A DNA stretch of 62,924 bases, taken from Cirrosporium novae-zelandiae (taxonomy: Eukaryota). Both the position numbers and the translations under genes were made by a program. The stretch lies in assembly GCA_026023565.1 (NCBI GenBank), contig JAPETS010000074.1, forward strand, positions 1-62,924, given 5' to 3'. Positions 1-10,814 of the stretch are shown here, piece by piece. A model generated the notes under the pieces. It saw only the letters and a program-made list of their open reading frames with translations. It did not search any database and was not told the DNA's origin. Within the stretch, counting starts at the first letter, position 1, and the number at the start of each line of letters is the position of its first letter.

Positions 1-399
1 AAGAACCATGCATGGTGTGTTTTAAAGGATTGGTAGGACTTGTTTTTTGAGACTCGAAGATAGCATCGCTCAGATTTCTAGGCATAAGGCTTTGGTGTAA
101 ATGATTACAGGCAAGGCGTTTGTAATTAGTTCAGTCGCCTTGTTGCCTTGATGAAGTGTTTGCCAGGAATGAAGGCATCAGAGCCTCAATCCTTCAATCT
201 TTTCCGCCCTGTTTCTCCTCTCTTGGTTAAGGCGGGAGCTAAGTGGTAACAGTTTTTGACATATCCTAAGAATTCATTTCAGCTCGCTTCCTTGCACACT
301 GGTTGCAGGGTCTCGAAGGGCTTTCCGGACATAGTACTTACTTGCTCCAGATCGTACATCATTTGTATCAAATGGCGCCTCGTGAACTAAACATTGGCT

Positions 400-1500
400 T
401 TCTCAATCTTGCAGCGGATTGAATATTGGATTTCCGCGATCAAATCAGATATTGTTAAAGAATCAATAACCAATAAGGGGCTGTATTCTAGAACGTTCAT
501 CACCAGACCCATATAGAGCTCAGAGTATAATCAACGATAACTCATCCTAGCTACGGAATGAGTTTCCATGGAAGCCACGTTCACGGCAGACTCGATCTTA
601 TACAGATGTCCTATTTCCAGGGCAGTCAATCAAGTTTGCTATAATCAGCTCCACAACAAAATCCGTACCGGCTCGGCTTCTGTCGCCAAGCCCGGAAATA
701 AACGACCTATTAGCCGAGTTTTTTCAAAAAAGTATGTTATAATATAACTACAACTCTTGGCTCTTGCATACCTCTGCCAAAGGGACCATTTGACAAGCAT
801 TCGTTGGATAGGTAATTAGAAAAATTGGGTCCAACTAGGAGAGGGAATAGTTCAAGAATGGTGAAGCTGGGATATGGTTTACTACTGTGGTTGGAATGCT
901 TGGCCAAATAAGCTCGGAGGTTTCGGCTAGGGATCCACTTAAACGCTGCCATTGATTTCAATAACAACGATATCTTTTAGGTAAATCTTAGTAAATCCGG
1001 CGTCAGTGAAACCCTACATTTCCACCTCTGGGCCGTTGATTTCCTTCCAACAACGGTGCTTGGGGATGGGGGTAAGGGCTTGGTAACCCTACCCTATCTC
1101 TATATTTTAGGAAAACGTTTGAGTGTAGGAGTGTATTAACCCTACTCTTCTATACTCCAAGAACAGCGGTTGGGAACAAGGACCCTGTGACCTATTTTTA
1201 TTCCTTCCTCGGTTCTCCAAGAAATGCGTTTTGGAATAAGGGCTTCCTTATTCCTTTAAGGTTTCTATTCTCCTAACACATCTTCTGTCTTGAAGTTTTT
1301 GTTCCTAGGACCTCTGTTTTTCTAGGACTTCTTCTTTCTTGAGATTTATATTGCCTGAGGGTTTCTATTAACCTAGAATTTCTATTTTCCTAGGGCTTCC
1401 GTTTCCTAATCTAATCTGTATTTGATTCTTTCCTGGCTGCAAAAACTTATTGAAACCTTTTCGTACCTTCATCACTGAACTTTTGAACACATTTTGACAA
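400..1500 (-). pseudogene. Degenerate (RIP-like) gene relic of unknown function
   Basis: Minus-strand frame with many TAG/TAA codons where CAG/CAA would fit, an internal peptide repeat (LIPKRISWRTEE / LVPNRCSWSIEE), and an apparent GTATGC...CTAATAG intron near 770-709. Boundaries approximate. Confidence 0.3.
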
Positions 1501-1652
1501 AGTCCATATCAACGATCCGCTAGTTATGAGGGGATTCTGATAAATTCGGCGGCGGCTAACCCCCCCATTTTTTGCAGGCTGCTAATTTTGGCTGGCCATC
1601 ACCATTCTACTTTGGCGGAGCTTCCACCATGAAATCCCCATCCCCACAGCTC

Positions 1653-2153
1653 TTATTTCAAGATGGCTTTCTCTATCCCTTCCCCCTCCGGCACAAACTT
1701 GAGCGTTATTATCTCTTCGATCTCGATCACGACCCTTAAGTATTTGGTGTCACCAACGATAGCTTGTTGGTATTCTGGAGGAGATACCCCAGCAGCAGTC
1801 TCCAATACTAATGAAACCGCATAAGGAGGAGGAGTACTATAGCCGAGCAAATAATTGATTGTTGGATTGGGGTAGCTGTATTTAATCTTGCTTTTATACT
1901 CAAGGGATAACGCCTTGGACTCCTCACATAGAAGAGTATACACGCTTACAAAAGCGGTCACGTAAACCCTTTCGTTTTCTGCGAGAGGTGGAGGTTTCAA
2001 TGAATCACTAAGGTGCTCTTTGGTCGAACGAGCCAAAAATATTTGGTTTTGAGGGATAGCAACTATGACTGCGGACATTTTGGAAAAATTTATGAACAAC
2101 CTTAAACAGATGCAATCCAATATATAAGTATTTCTGAAGCCGATGAAATTCAT
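1653..2153 (-). CDS. Hypothetical protein, paralog of 2749-3072
   Basis: 166-aa ORF whose C-terminal half aligns by eye with ORF 2749-3072 (INYLLGYSTPPPYAVSLVLET..QAIVGDTKYLRVVIEIE vs MNNLCVYSPFPLYVSLLISET..QAVVGDTMSFRAMIEIE). Confidence 0.4.
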   Translation of the reverse strand: MNFIGFRNTYILDCICLRLFINFSKMSAVIVAIPQNQIFLARSTKEHLSDSLKPPPLAENERVYVTAFVSVYTLLCEESKALSLEYKSKIKYSYPNPTINYLLGYSTPPPYAVSLVLETAAGVSPPEYQQAIVGDTKYLRVVIEIEEIITLKFVPEGEGIEKAILK

Positions 2154-2748
2154 GACACTTTAAATAAATATTTGTCAGAACAGTATCTTTCTTAAGCCTG
2201 TCCCAGATCGGTCCATCTTAACTACAGGGTCTGGTGTTGAATAAATCATGTTCAAAAACTGACTCGATGTTACACGGCTGTGCCATAGTCAAAAAAGTAA
2301 AAATATCCAAAACTGAGTCTACAAAAAAGCTTATACGGCATCGGCTTCTGCCGCCAAGCCTGGGAAGGAACGAACCACGATCTTCATTAATCAAGATTTC
2401 CAGAAGATATGCTACAAGGCAATGAAAAGTGTGATCCTTATGTACTGCTGGTAAAATGATATTTGAGAGGTATTTATTGGAGGATGAATCAAAAGCATTG
2501 AGTCAAGCTAGGAAAGAGATGAAGTGATTCAAGATTCAAGGATTAATCATGCGGGGGGGTCTGGTTGGCTACGGCGAGCGGCATATGTAAAGGCCGGGAG
2601 CACGGATCAGTCGCGTGGTCACATGATCTATATATACCTCGAGAATTGCAACAGGATAAGCCAGGCGTTGACCCAGCTTTGATATTTTCTATGAAGGGAG
2701 ACAACCCGAACATAATTATCATCCACACATCATGGATGATTTCGAGAA

Positions 2749-3072
2749 TTATATACATTGAAGTTTAATTATACCAGTTTTTCTTTTTTCCTCTCTATAC
2801 AGATTTTTCTTCAAAATTGTCAGACCAATAGGCACAAAACAAGGGATGGCCGCAAGCACGGACCAAATGTGGTCACATGATCTATGTATGCCTAAGGCGT
2901 TCAAGCGTTCTGTTCTCATCATTATCTCGATCTCGATCATAGCCCTAAAGCTCATTGTGTCACCAACAACAGCTTGTCCGCGTACTAATAAAGATATTCT
3001 AGCATTAGTTTCTGATATTAATAAGCTCACATATAAAGGAAAAGGACTATATACGCAAAGATTATTCATCAA
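2749..3072 (-). pseudogene. Truncated/decayed paralog of 1653-2153
   Basis: Nucleotide and peptide similarity to ~1700-1864; stops in the upstream frame. Confidence 0.35.
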
Positions 3073-4132
3073 TGAACTTCAGGTTCCTCATTTTTCCATG
3101 CATTTTTGCGCTATCGCAAGAAGGATTACATACCCGATGATTAATTGTTGTCCTAAGACCGATCGTATCTCAGTTTACTTTCCTGTGCCCCTTTCGGAAT
3201 TCCTTCTGATGTTCAGCCTCTCTACACATCCCTATTGACAAGTTAACAGTGATTAAATGTCAGAAAAGTGATTCCGAACCGCATTCCCTAAATAGATCAT
3301 ATTCTTCCTTCACAACATTTGGAGGACAACGGACACCGGTCTGCGCATATTGATTGCACCAAGCTAGAACCAAATGTTGATTATGACCGCAGTGGTACTT
3401 AATCTTTTTATGATCGCACATGACGCGACAAGCTGGATATAATGGTACATATAACGTAAGTTATAACACAAAAAAAGAGACGGCGATGGAAAGAAATATG
3501 ATATCGACTGAAGGCAAATATAGAATATGCAAAAAGACTAAAGCTAGCCCGATATATAGGCTTGAGAATATCTCTATTATATCATGAACAGGTATTTGTC
3601 CCGCAAAATCAAAAACAGGCTAGAATGTATTACCCCTGAAATTGATTTATTTGGTTATAGTTTTCCTATCCTGATTATCATAATACTGCGTTTACGAAAG
3701 ATCACTATCATGGAATGCTCGAAAAGTTTAGTTAAGACGTTTGGAGTCAGTAATCGTGTTGTGTCTGCAAAAGCCTGACCTGGTTCTTTCATTGGCGGGG
3801 GGGTTGTGTCCAGGGCAAGCAATAATTGGAACCTCAGATGCGACTCAATATAGTAGCTCCTATGGACAGGACAAGCAATGAAATTGTCGTACTAGCCTTC
3901 TCAAACATCAAAAGGGGAATGTGCAGGAGATGTAAAATTCAAAGATGTAGATAGGAGTTAGACTTGGCGATTTCTACGGAGGTTAATACGATAATTGGTC
4001 TCTGGAGCTGAAAATTATAAAATGGTCAAGTATGACAAGAGGGGAGGACATCGGTACAATCAACAAATTAACAATGGGGTTTATACGTCCTCATTATTCC
4101 AGTATGAATAGGTCTGAAAATACCTTTGATGT

Positions 4133-4669
4133 TTGCTAATGTTAACAGATCATTTCAAACGCTATCGAAGGGGTATGTTACTACCTATCCGAAGGTCTGC
4201 ACCGCCAAAGCATCTGGTACAATTTTATCGAAAGCGCACGGCACACCTTATCCGAAGACATGCAAAGTCACCTATTCCAAAGCTTCTGGCGCCATTTATC
4301 CTAAGATATACGTCATCATATATCTACCCACTTGCTCAAATCCCTACACATCCTATTTTATATGCAGCCATCTCACCAAAGGAGGCTGTCGTTGGAGAAA
4401 AAGTCGAAGTCACTATTACTGCTAGGGGCTTTAAATATAACGAAGATGCAACAGGGTTCTGCATTATAATGTTGCCAGCGGGAGAATTTGAATCAAAAAA
4501 TTATTGTGGGGCCATCGATCCAGACGCGAATGGAGGTCGACGAGTAGAATTATACTTCAGACCATTGGAAAAGGGCTTGATTCCTATCAGGGCAACGTTG
4601 TGGAAAAGATTAACAATGTTGACTAACCAAATTGTTGGCGAGGTGCGTGTGTTGGAACGTAGGAATTGA
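4133..4669 (+). CDS. Hypothetical protein with basic N-terminus and beta-strand-rich (Ig-like?) C-terminus
   Basis: 178-aa ORF. The C-terminal ~100 aa alternates hydrophobic/polar residues (SPKEAVVGEKVEVTITARG...VELYFRPLEKGLIPIRATLW). Fold is inference. Confidence 0.45.
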   Translation: MLMLTDHFKRYRRGMLLPIRRSAPPKHLVQFYRKRTAHLIRRHAKSPIPKLLAPFILRYTSSYIYPLAQIPTHPILYAAISPKEAVVGEKVEVTITARGFKYNEDATGFCIIMLPAGEFESKNYCGAIDPDANGGRRVELYFRPLEKGLIPIRATLWKRLTMLTNQIVGEVRVLERRN

Positions 4670-5463
4670 ACCCCGGATCGAAACATCCTGTACAACACTA
4701 CTCCTTTGCGTCCACCTAAGGGGCACTTCTAAGCTATCATCATTACCTGCGTCTAGAATGTGAATACCATATTATTTTATTTAGTCCATCACTCTTAGAC
4801 CCAGAAGTTATCCTAGCTGCACCACTTAATGCAAGCAGGCATTCTAAAGGATAGGATTGAATTTGCCGAAAAGCAGCAGGAGCATCAATGACAAGGTAAA
4901 ATCCTAGGCGAATTAAAAGAAATAAATTCTAGTTAGTTTGATGCATAAAATGGATAGTAAACAAGGAAATGATAATTGTTGTTTCAGAGGAATATCAGTA
5001 ACATGTATTGGATGTGGCTATGAATGTTGCATAGTTTGCTGGGAAAATTGAGAAGTGAAATGTATCCGATGATGGAAGAGAATACTAATAAAAAAACATA
5101 TAGAAAGTATATGATGTTAGAGCTCTCCACCAAACTTGAACTATGTCTTTCTGGTGAATGAGGTCAGACATTAAAAACACAGTAGGGAGTTTAGACGGGA
5201 AAGATATTAATGCTCTAGGATCTTTAATCTAGATTACAGACCTTTCCTTTTAGACAGAAACTCTGTTGGGATCACTTCCACATTCCCACCTAGTCAATTC
5301 CACCTCATCGCCAACCTCTGGTAATGTAGGACATCCCTTGCACGCAACGTCGAACCCATTATTATGATTTTTAGTTCTTGCACTCAACTCCTTGTAAATC
5401 GGCCATCGAATGGCGCAAAAGCTAGCCCACACGAAAAGAATCTATAAGATCGTTTTTAGTATT

Positions 5464-6275
5464 CTATTTTGATCGTCGATCTAGTCTTAAACTTACTAAA
5501 AGAGAGAACTGTATTCCACCATCGATTTGACCTCCCCAGCATAGCCCTAAAAACACCCCCGATAGACAGGCTACTAACAGACATAAACAGGCGCTGGATT
5601 GGTATATGAAAAGGGCGCCATGATTCCGGGAAGTTAGTTTCAAAGAAACTAAAAAGTAACCAATACTGATGGAAACATATGCACTGCAATCGACAAGGAT
5701 CGTCGTAATAAAAGCAATCTTTGGTCGGATAAATACGAGACTACATATAATAAATATCATCCAGGGCTAGGGCGGCTCGGGTAGACATACCCAAAAGCTA
5801 TAATTTCAAGAAGAATTATTAGACCCAATGATATGAGAATAGTCAGCAGTCTTTTGTTGAGAGATTGATAAGTAATATCCCAGAAAAATTTAGCCTTTCG
5901 AATTATCAGTCTCAATAGATCACTATCAGTGGCGAGGAGATTTGATACTTCATAAATCAATAGTAATGGTGTATAAAACAGTAACAGCGAAACGTAGCTG
6001 TATTGGATCCTTTCATCGCCTGTTCAATTAGAACACTATCACTAAAAGAAAAGAGTTGCCTTGCCATTGCCGTTATTTCCGAGTAGTAATCCATTCAAGA
6101 CGATCAATCCACTAGCACCAAGGAAGAGGATTATGCATAACAAGCATTCTATCATTCGGCGGTGTCGGTGTGGCTGCCGCTGATGCTGCGGGCGTACAGC
6201 ACCGAATAGTAAGCAGCATGTGCATAAAAAAATAAGCAAAGAGAGTGCTAGGGGAAAATAACTCGTGGAGGACAT
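5464..6275 (-). pseudogene. Multi-pass membrane protein, probably frameshifted
   Basis: ORF 6275-6065 joins in frame to 6019-5760 through a putative 45-nt GC-AG intron (6064-6020, CTAAT branch). Hydrophobic helices continue in a shifted frame at 5760-5464. Confidence 0.35.
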
Positions 6276-6911
6276 GTTGTCCTAAAGTTCTCTACCAAGT
6301 GATGGGGATGCGGTGGGCAAAGGGCAAAAAGAGGGCAGAAAAAGAGTGGGCAACGCATAGAAACCGGGCAACATAGTGAATGATAGCCTTGTTGTTCAAG
6401 ACCTGCATATATAGGAAAAGAAAGAAAATGAACTGCCATTGTAATCGGCACATCAGTCTTTTGCGAAATTAAAATCTTGTCCAGAGGTTACGGTAACCCA
6501 TGAATATTTTCAAGTCCTCGGATAGAGCATTGTTCGAAAGGAATCCCCACTACCTTTACTCTAGTTGCTAAAGTTAGAATCAAGTATCTGGTCTCGAGTA
6601 AAACGCTCCACCTAATGTGAAGGAGCTATCGCAATGAATCCAATATGAAAACTTCGTACCAACAGCAAGTCCCTAGCATACCCATCCCAGTGGAGCAGAT
6701 TTTGTTTAGGACACGATGCCATAGGTACGAACTATGCATTCCTTAGCAAGGCTTCGAAACGGTAGGATGCATGGGAAAATGGATACACTTGAAAAATAGA
6801 AGAAGGAAAAAAGGCTTGTCAAAATTTTCATTTGCGATCAGCGCCGGAATCATTGTTTTTAGGCTGTGCCTCAGAACTAAGGAAGGCGCGTAATTACTCT
6901 AACCAGATTGA

Positions 6912-6932
6912 GTACCCCTCAATGAGGGGTAC
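6912..6932. promoter_or_regulatory. Perfect palindrome GTACCCCTCA-A-TGAGGGGTAC
   Basis: 10-bp arms with a 1-nt spacer, ending 60 bp upstream of ATG 6992. Regulatory role inferred. Confidence 0.4.
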
Positions 6933-6991
6933 CGTACTCGGTATGGTCCTTTGCCATCTGATCAAGTTTAGATAATCTTTCATATCATTGA

Positions 6992-9900
6992 ATGGACCTT
7001 TTCCAGCACAACAAAATGGTTAGAGAGCGATTCTATCAATTTTCAGGCACCGATGCTGAGTATATCCTCTTCCTTGAAAAAAAACTTAGGGAAGCGGAGC
7101 GGTCTCTTCACCAACAGAAAGACTCGCAGAGCGCGACTCTCTCAACACGAACTCTCTTCGCTCGCTCACCTCTCCGACCTTCACAAAGTACACAAAATAC
7201 ACTTCACCAAATTTCACAAGAAAACGGACCTCCTCTATCTTTATCGAGCGAGCCTGGCCTCCATTCTCCGCCACTTTCTCCCTGTTTGGGAGATAGAAGG
7301 GATAAAACGAGAAATGAGCTTCGATTGGTTCCTTATGTCCCTTCCGGTTCTGTGCGCCACCATCACCATCAAAAGCTCCGCTGGCAGCAAGATATGGATA
7401 AGTTTCTACTTGAAATTCCAGATATGAGCCGCTGGGTGTCAAAGAGAAAAGAGATGAAGCTTGCTTCTGTTGTAGACAATCAGAACGCGATAGGTATCCT
7501 GCTCATGTCCTCTGTAAATATGTATGATCTTCCCGCAGATTCGACAAAGAGAGTCGATTTACTTGAAATTGCAAACGGTTATGCTTCTTTCACAAAGAGG
7601 ACACAAGAGCAAGGAAGGCTTGTTACAAAATTAGGGCTTTTTCAAAAACTTATCTTCGTATCCCTATGTGCAGTGCTGGTGAAGATTGGGATCTCGCAAG
7701 AGGCTGTCAACCTTGTGATGCATGTCTGCATCAGTAACTCCGAAACGAAAAATTTGGATCGTCTTCGTCGAGGGGGTATTTGGGTCAACCAATGCATTTC
7801 GGAGCTATCTAAGACATACTGGAAGGGTAGGAGCTCAGAAATATTTTTCCTTTGTAAGTTCAGGTTTTTGTTGTTTTAGTTGTGTCTAAAGCTTTCTACT
7901 AATACACCCAGGTGGTCAACCAGTCGGCTTCTATGGTCGATATGGAGAAGGTTCTAAGAGTCTTCCATACTTCATAGAGCATTTAACAAAGCGAAAATGC
8001 ACAGATGTGGTATCAGAACCACCTGGATGGATCCCGTTCTCCATCCCCTGTATCATAAAATCTCTACTTGGTGACTCCATAGTGTATGGTATTCCGACCA
8101 ATAACTCTCTCTAATGCTGGTATTTTTCTAATAATGTCTAGGTTATCGCAGATATGTAACATTCTTCACTATGACCTCGAATCCACATCAAAATGTTATA
8201 AGACTTTTTATGAATGTTATCAAAACTGTAGCAGGCTGGCGGATGGTCAATCAAAGGATTCCCGAATTTCCAATCTCAAACATGCCTATGAATTCACATC
8301 GGAGCCCGTCCCAAGGAAAAGAAAGAAAACAAGCGCAGATATTGATCATGGACCTGTGGATCGACGTGACGCAGAGTTAGAATTTTCTAATACACCACTT
8401 CAGCAACAAAGGCCAAGGTCTATCATTCAGCCTTCAACTACACGTTTGCAAAGAAGCCTCTTAGATAAAGCCGAGGGATTTCAACAACTGCCACCTAGTA
8501 GTATGTTCTTCAAACCCGAATCTTTAGCAATTGAATGAACTAATAAGGCGTTCTTTAGGCCGCCTCGAGCCACCAATTTCATGTCAAGATAACGCAATAA
8601 CACTGGATCCAGCTTCTCAATTCTCGGCGGAAAATCAATCGGACATCAATAGTAAGTTGCTATGATAAGGCGAGTGTGGCTAGATATTATTGACACTCTT
8701 TCAGCTTCACTCAGTATCTCAGCCTTTGCTTCTCGCACCTCCACGCCACAAGCCTTCCTCCCACAGCAATGTCCCTCAGCATTTGATCGGTTAGATAATG
8801 ACTCAAAGGATCTAGCAACACTTATGGTCTTCCTTGGCGTGGCCGACGTTGCAGAGAGAATGTTGTTGTGTGCCCGCGGACCTCTAAGGGTCTGGGGTAG
8901 TAATGGCGAAATAGAACAAAGGGCGGGTTCCGACCTTATAACGGTCCTGACAGATGGAGCTAGGTTTGAGCTGGCTATCCAATCCCTTGAGAGCTATGGG
9001 TTCATCATTTCAAAACCCGGGCCCTTTCAGCTCCGAAGCTTTTCAGTATATCCCCAACTACGTCTATACATAGGAGAACACACGCCAAATCCCAATAGAT
9101 GGAAAATCCAAGCAGCGAAGGTTGTCTTCCATGCTTTCCCCAAGCATCGACATATCGACCCTTTATTGTGAGTAACTTGAACTGAAGCTATGTTAAGAAT
9201 TTGCTGACCAGTTTCCGGTAGATACACTGCATATGGGATATCAACATTGCCTCAACTTGAATGGGTTCTGTCATACTTGGATGAGCTGGATGTTATCAAA
9301 GAACTCCCACTCGCTCAGGCAGCCGAAGTTTATATATCATCTTCGTATTTCTCGACAGCTGATTGGAAGCAAAAAGCTATTAAAACGGCTGAAAAAATAA
9401 TGAAAACCCAGATAAACGACCCTGACCTATGCGCGAGAGTCAAGCTGCGGAAAAAGGCCTTATCACGCATATTTTTATTTGAACCTCGGGAAAGAGTTGA
9501 TCAATCGGAGTGCAATCTTGGGCGTGTTGATAAGAGGTCGAACGCCTATTTTGGAGAATCTGTATTGTTTAACGTACAGGAGTTGATTGATCGTAATGAG
9601 TTGCGCAGTGCACGCTCTGAAATCGAAAGGTACAAACCATTGGATGCGGCTAATATATCAACCCTAGAGCAGATTCAAATCTATGAGGCGTTATTCATGC
9701 TAGGAAAAATAGATCGCTTCGGTGGTCAATTCCGTTTGGCGGAGCAGCAGTTCCAGGAACTACTAACAGCCGATCCATCACGGAGTGGGATGCTCTGCAG
9801 GGTCGTGTCCCATCTCAGCGCCGTTCAATGTGAATTGTGCAAAGCCACTTCAGCTGTGAAGTTGGTGTTATCCGAGTTAGAGAACCTGAAATGCTACCAG

Positions 9901-10485
9901 TCGTTGGAAAATGGGAACGGGAAACGTTTAAGGCTTGCTCTCGCGGACGCTTATCTCATGCAGGCTTTGTGGACAGTCGTACACGCGGGTGTGGCCCTCA
10001 TAATCTCCGGCCATATATCTCTCCCGAAGGATACACGGGATTCGTTGGCAAGTGCAAAGGTAATTTACGAGAGGCTTCGGGAAACCTATCAAAAGATCCA
10101 TAAGCTTGGTAAAGTCGGGAAAATGAACCTCTTCTGGGTTTCGGCTGGGCTGGCTATTATCGCACACGTCGAGGGACGTTTGGAAGCTGCCCTTGCTCTG
10201 TGGGAGAACGCCTCAGATGCTGCAGAGGACTGTAACTGGGCCCCAGGCTATGTCGAGATGATCATTGCGTACTCCAAGAGCGAACTGTCATATAGACTTG
10301 GCAGGTTCACAGATGCATATAATCTCGAGCAAAATGCAAGGGATCTTTACAAGAAAACAGGTCGTCGATATTATTTCATTGGTCTCGGCTCGGTTTGGCC
10401 TGATTTGATTGGTAATCTTGTTGAACACGGTGGAGGAAATAGAGTGATTCCGCGGCAAGATCAAGGGTCTTTGGCTCACTCTTAA
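6992..10485 (+). CDS. Six-exon NLR-like protein (helical N-terminus, winged-helix-like region, C-terminal TPR-like repeats; no P-loop seen)
   Basis: Exons ~6992-7853, 7912-8083, 8142-8500, 8559-8651, 8705-~9167 and ~9221-10485, joined in frame by GT-AG introns. SKDLATLMVFL..FELAIQSLESYGFI..FSVYPQLR..VVFHAFP..LPQLEWV resembles the post-NB-ARC helical/WHD region, followed by TPR-like helices (MLGKIDRFGGQFRLAEQQFQEL, AHVEGRLEAALALWENA). Confidence 0.75.
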
Positions 10486-10814
10486 ATAGATGAAATCGAT
10501 TTTTGGGTAAGAAGTTATTGTGTAGATTTCCTGTTTATTATTTTGGATCGCAGGGCAAGCAACTGAGCGATTTTAGGAACATGTAGGACTATGCCTTAAC
10601 TTCGGCGGTCTCGTTTTCAGGACCTCTTAACAATTGAATAATAAGTTTGCCAAGGAATTATGAATCACCCCGCACTATCTTTTTCCCGAATCACAAGAAA
10701 TGCTATACTAGGCTATTTATTACCCACAAACAAAATCAGAAATATTCGTCATAACACTCAGCATTAAACCAACCTAGAATGAACAAAGGATTGTGTATCC
10801 GGGGGCTTATTAAA

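Noticed and set aside
2335..2362. CAGGCTTGGCGG (minus strand) as another hAT terminus
   Set aside because: Similarity to the 665-707 copy continues past the supposed end, and no partner TIR or TSD was found.
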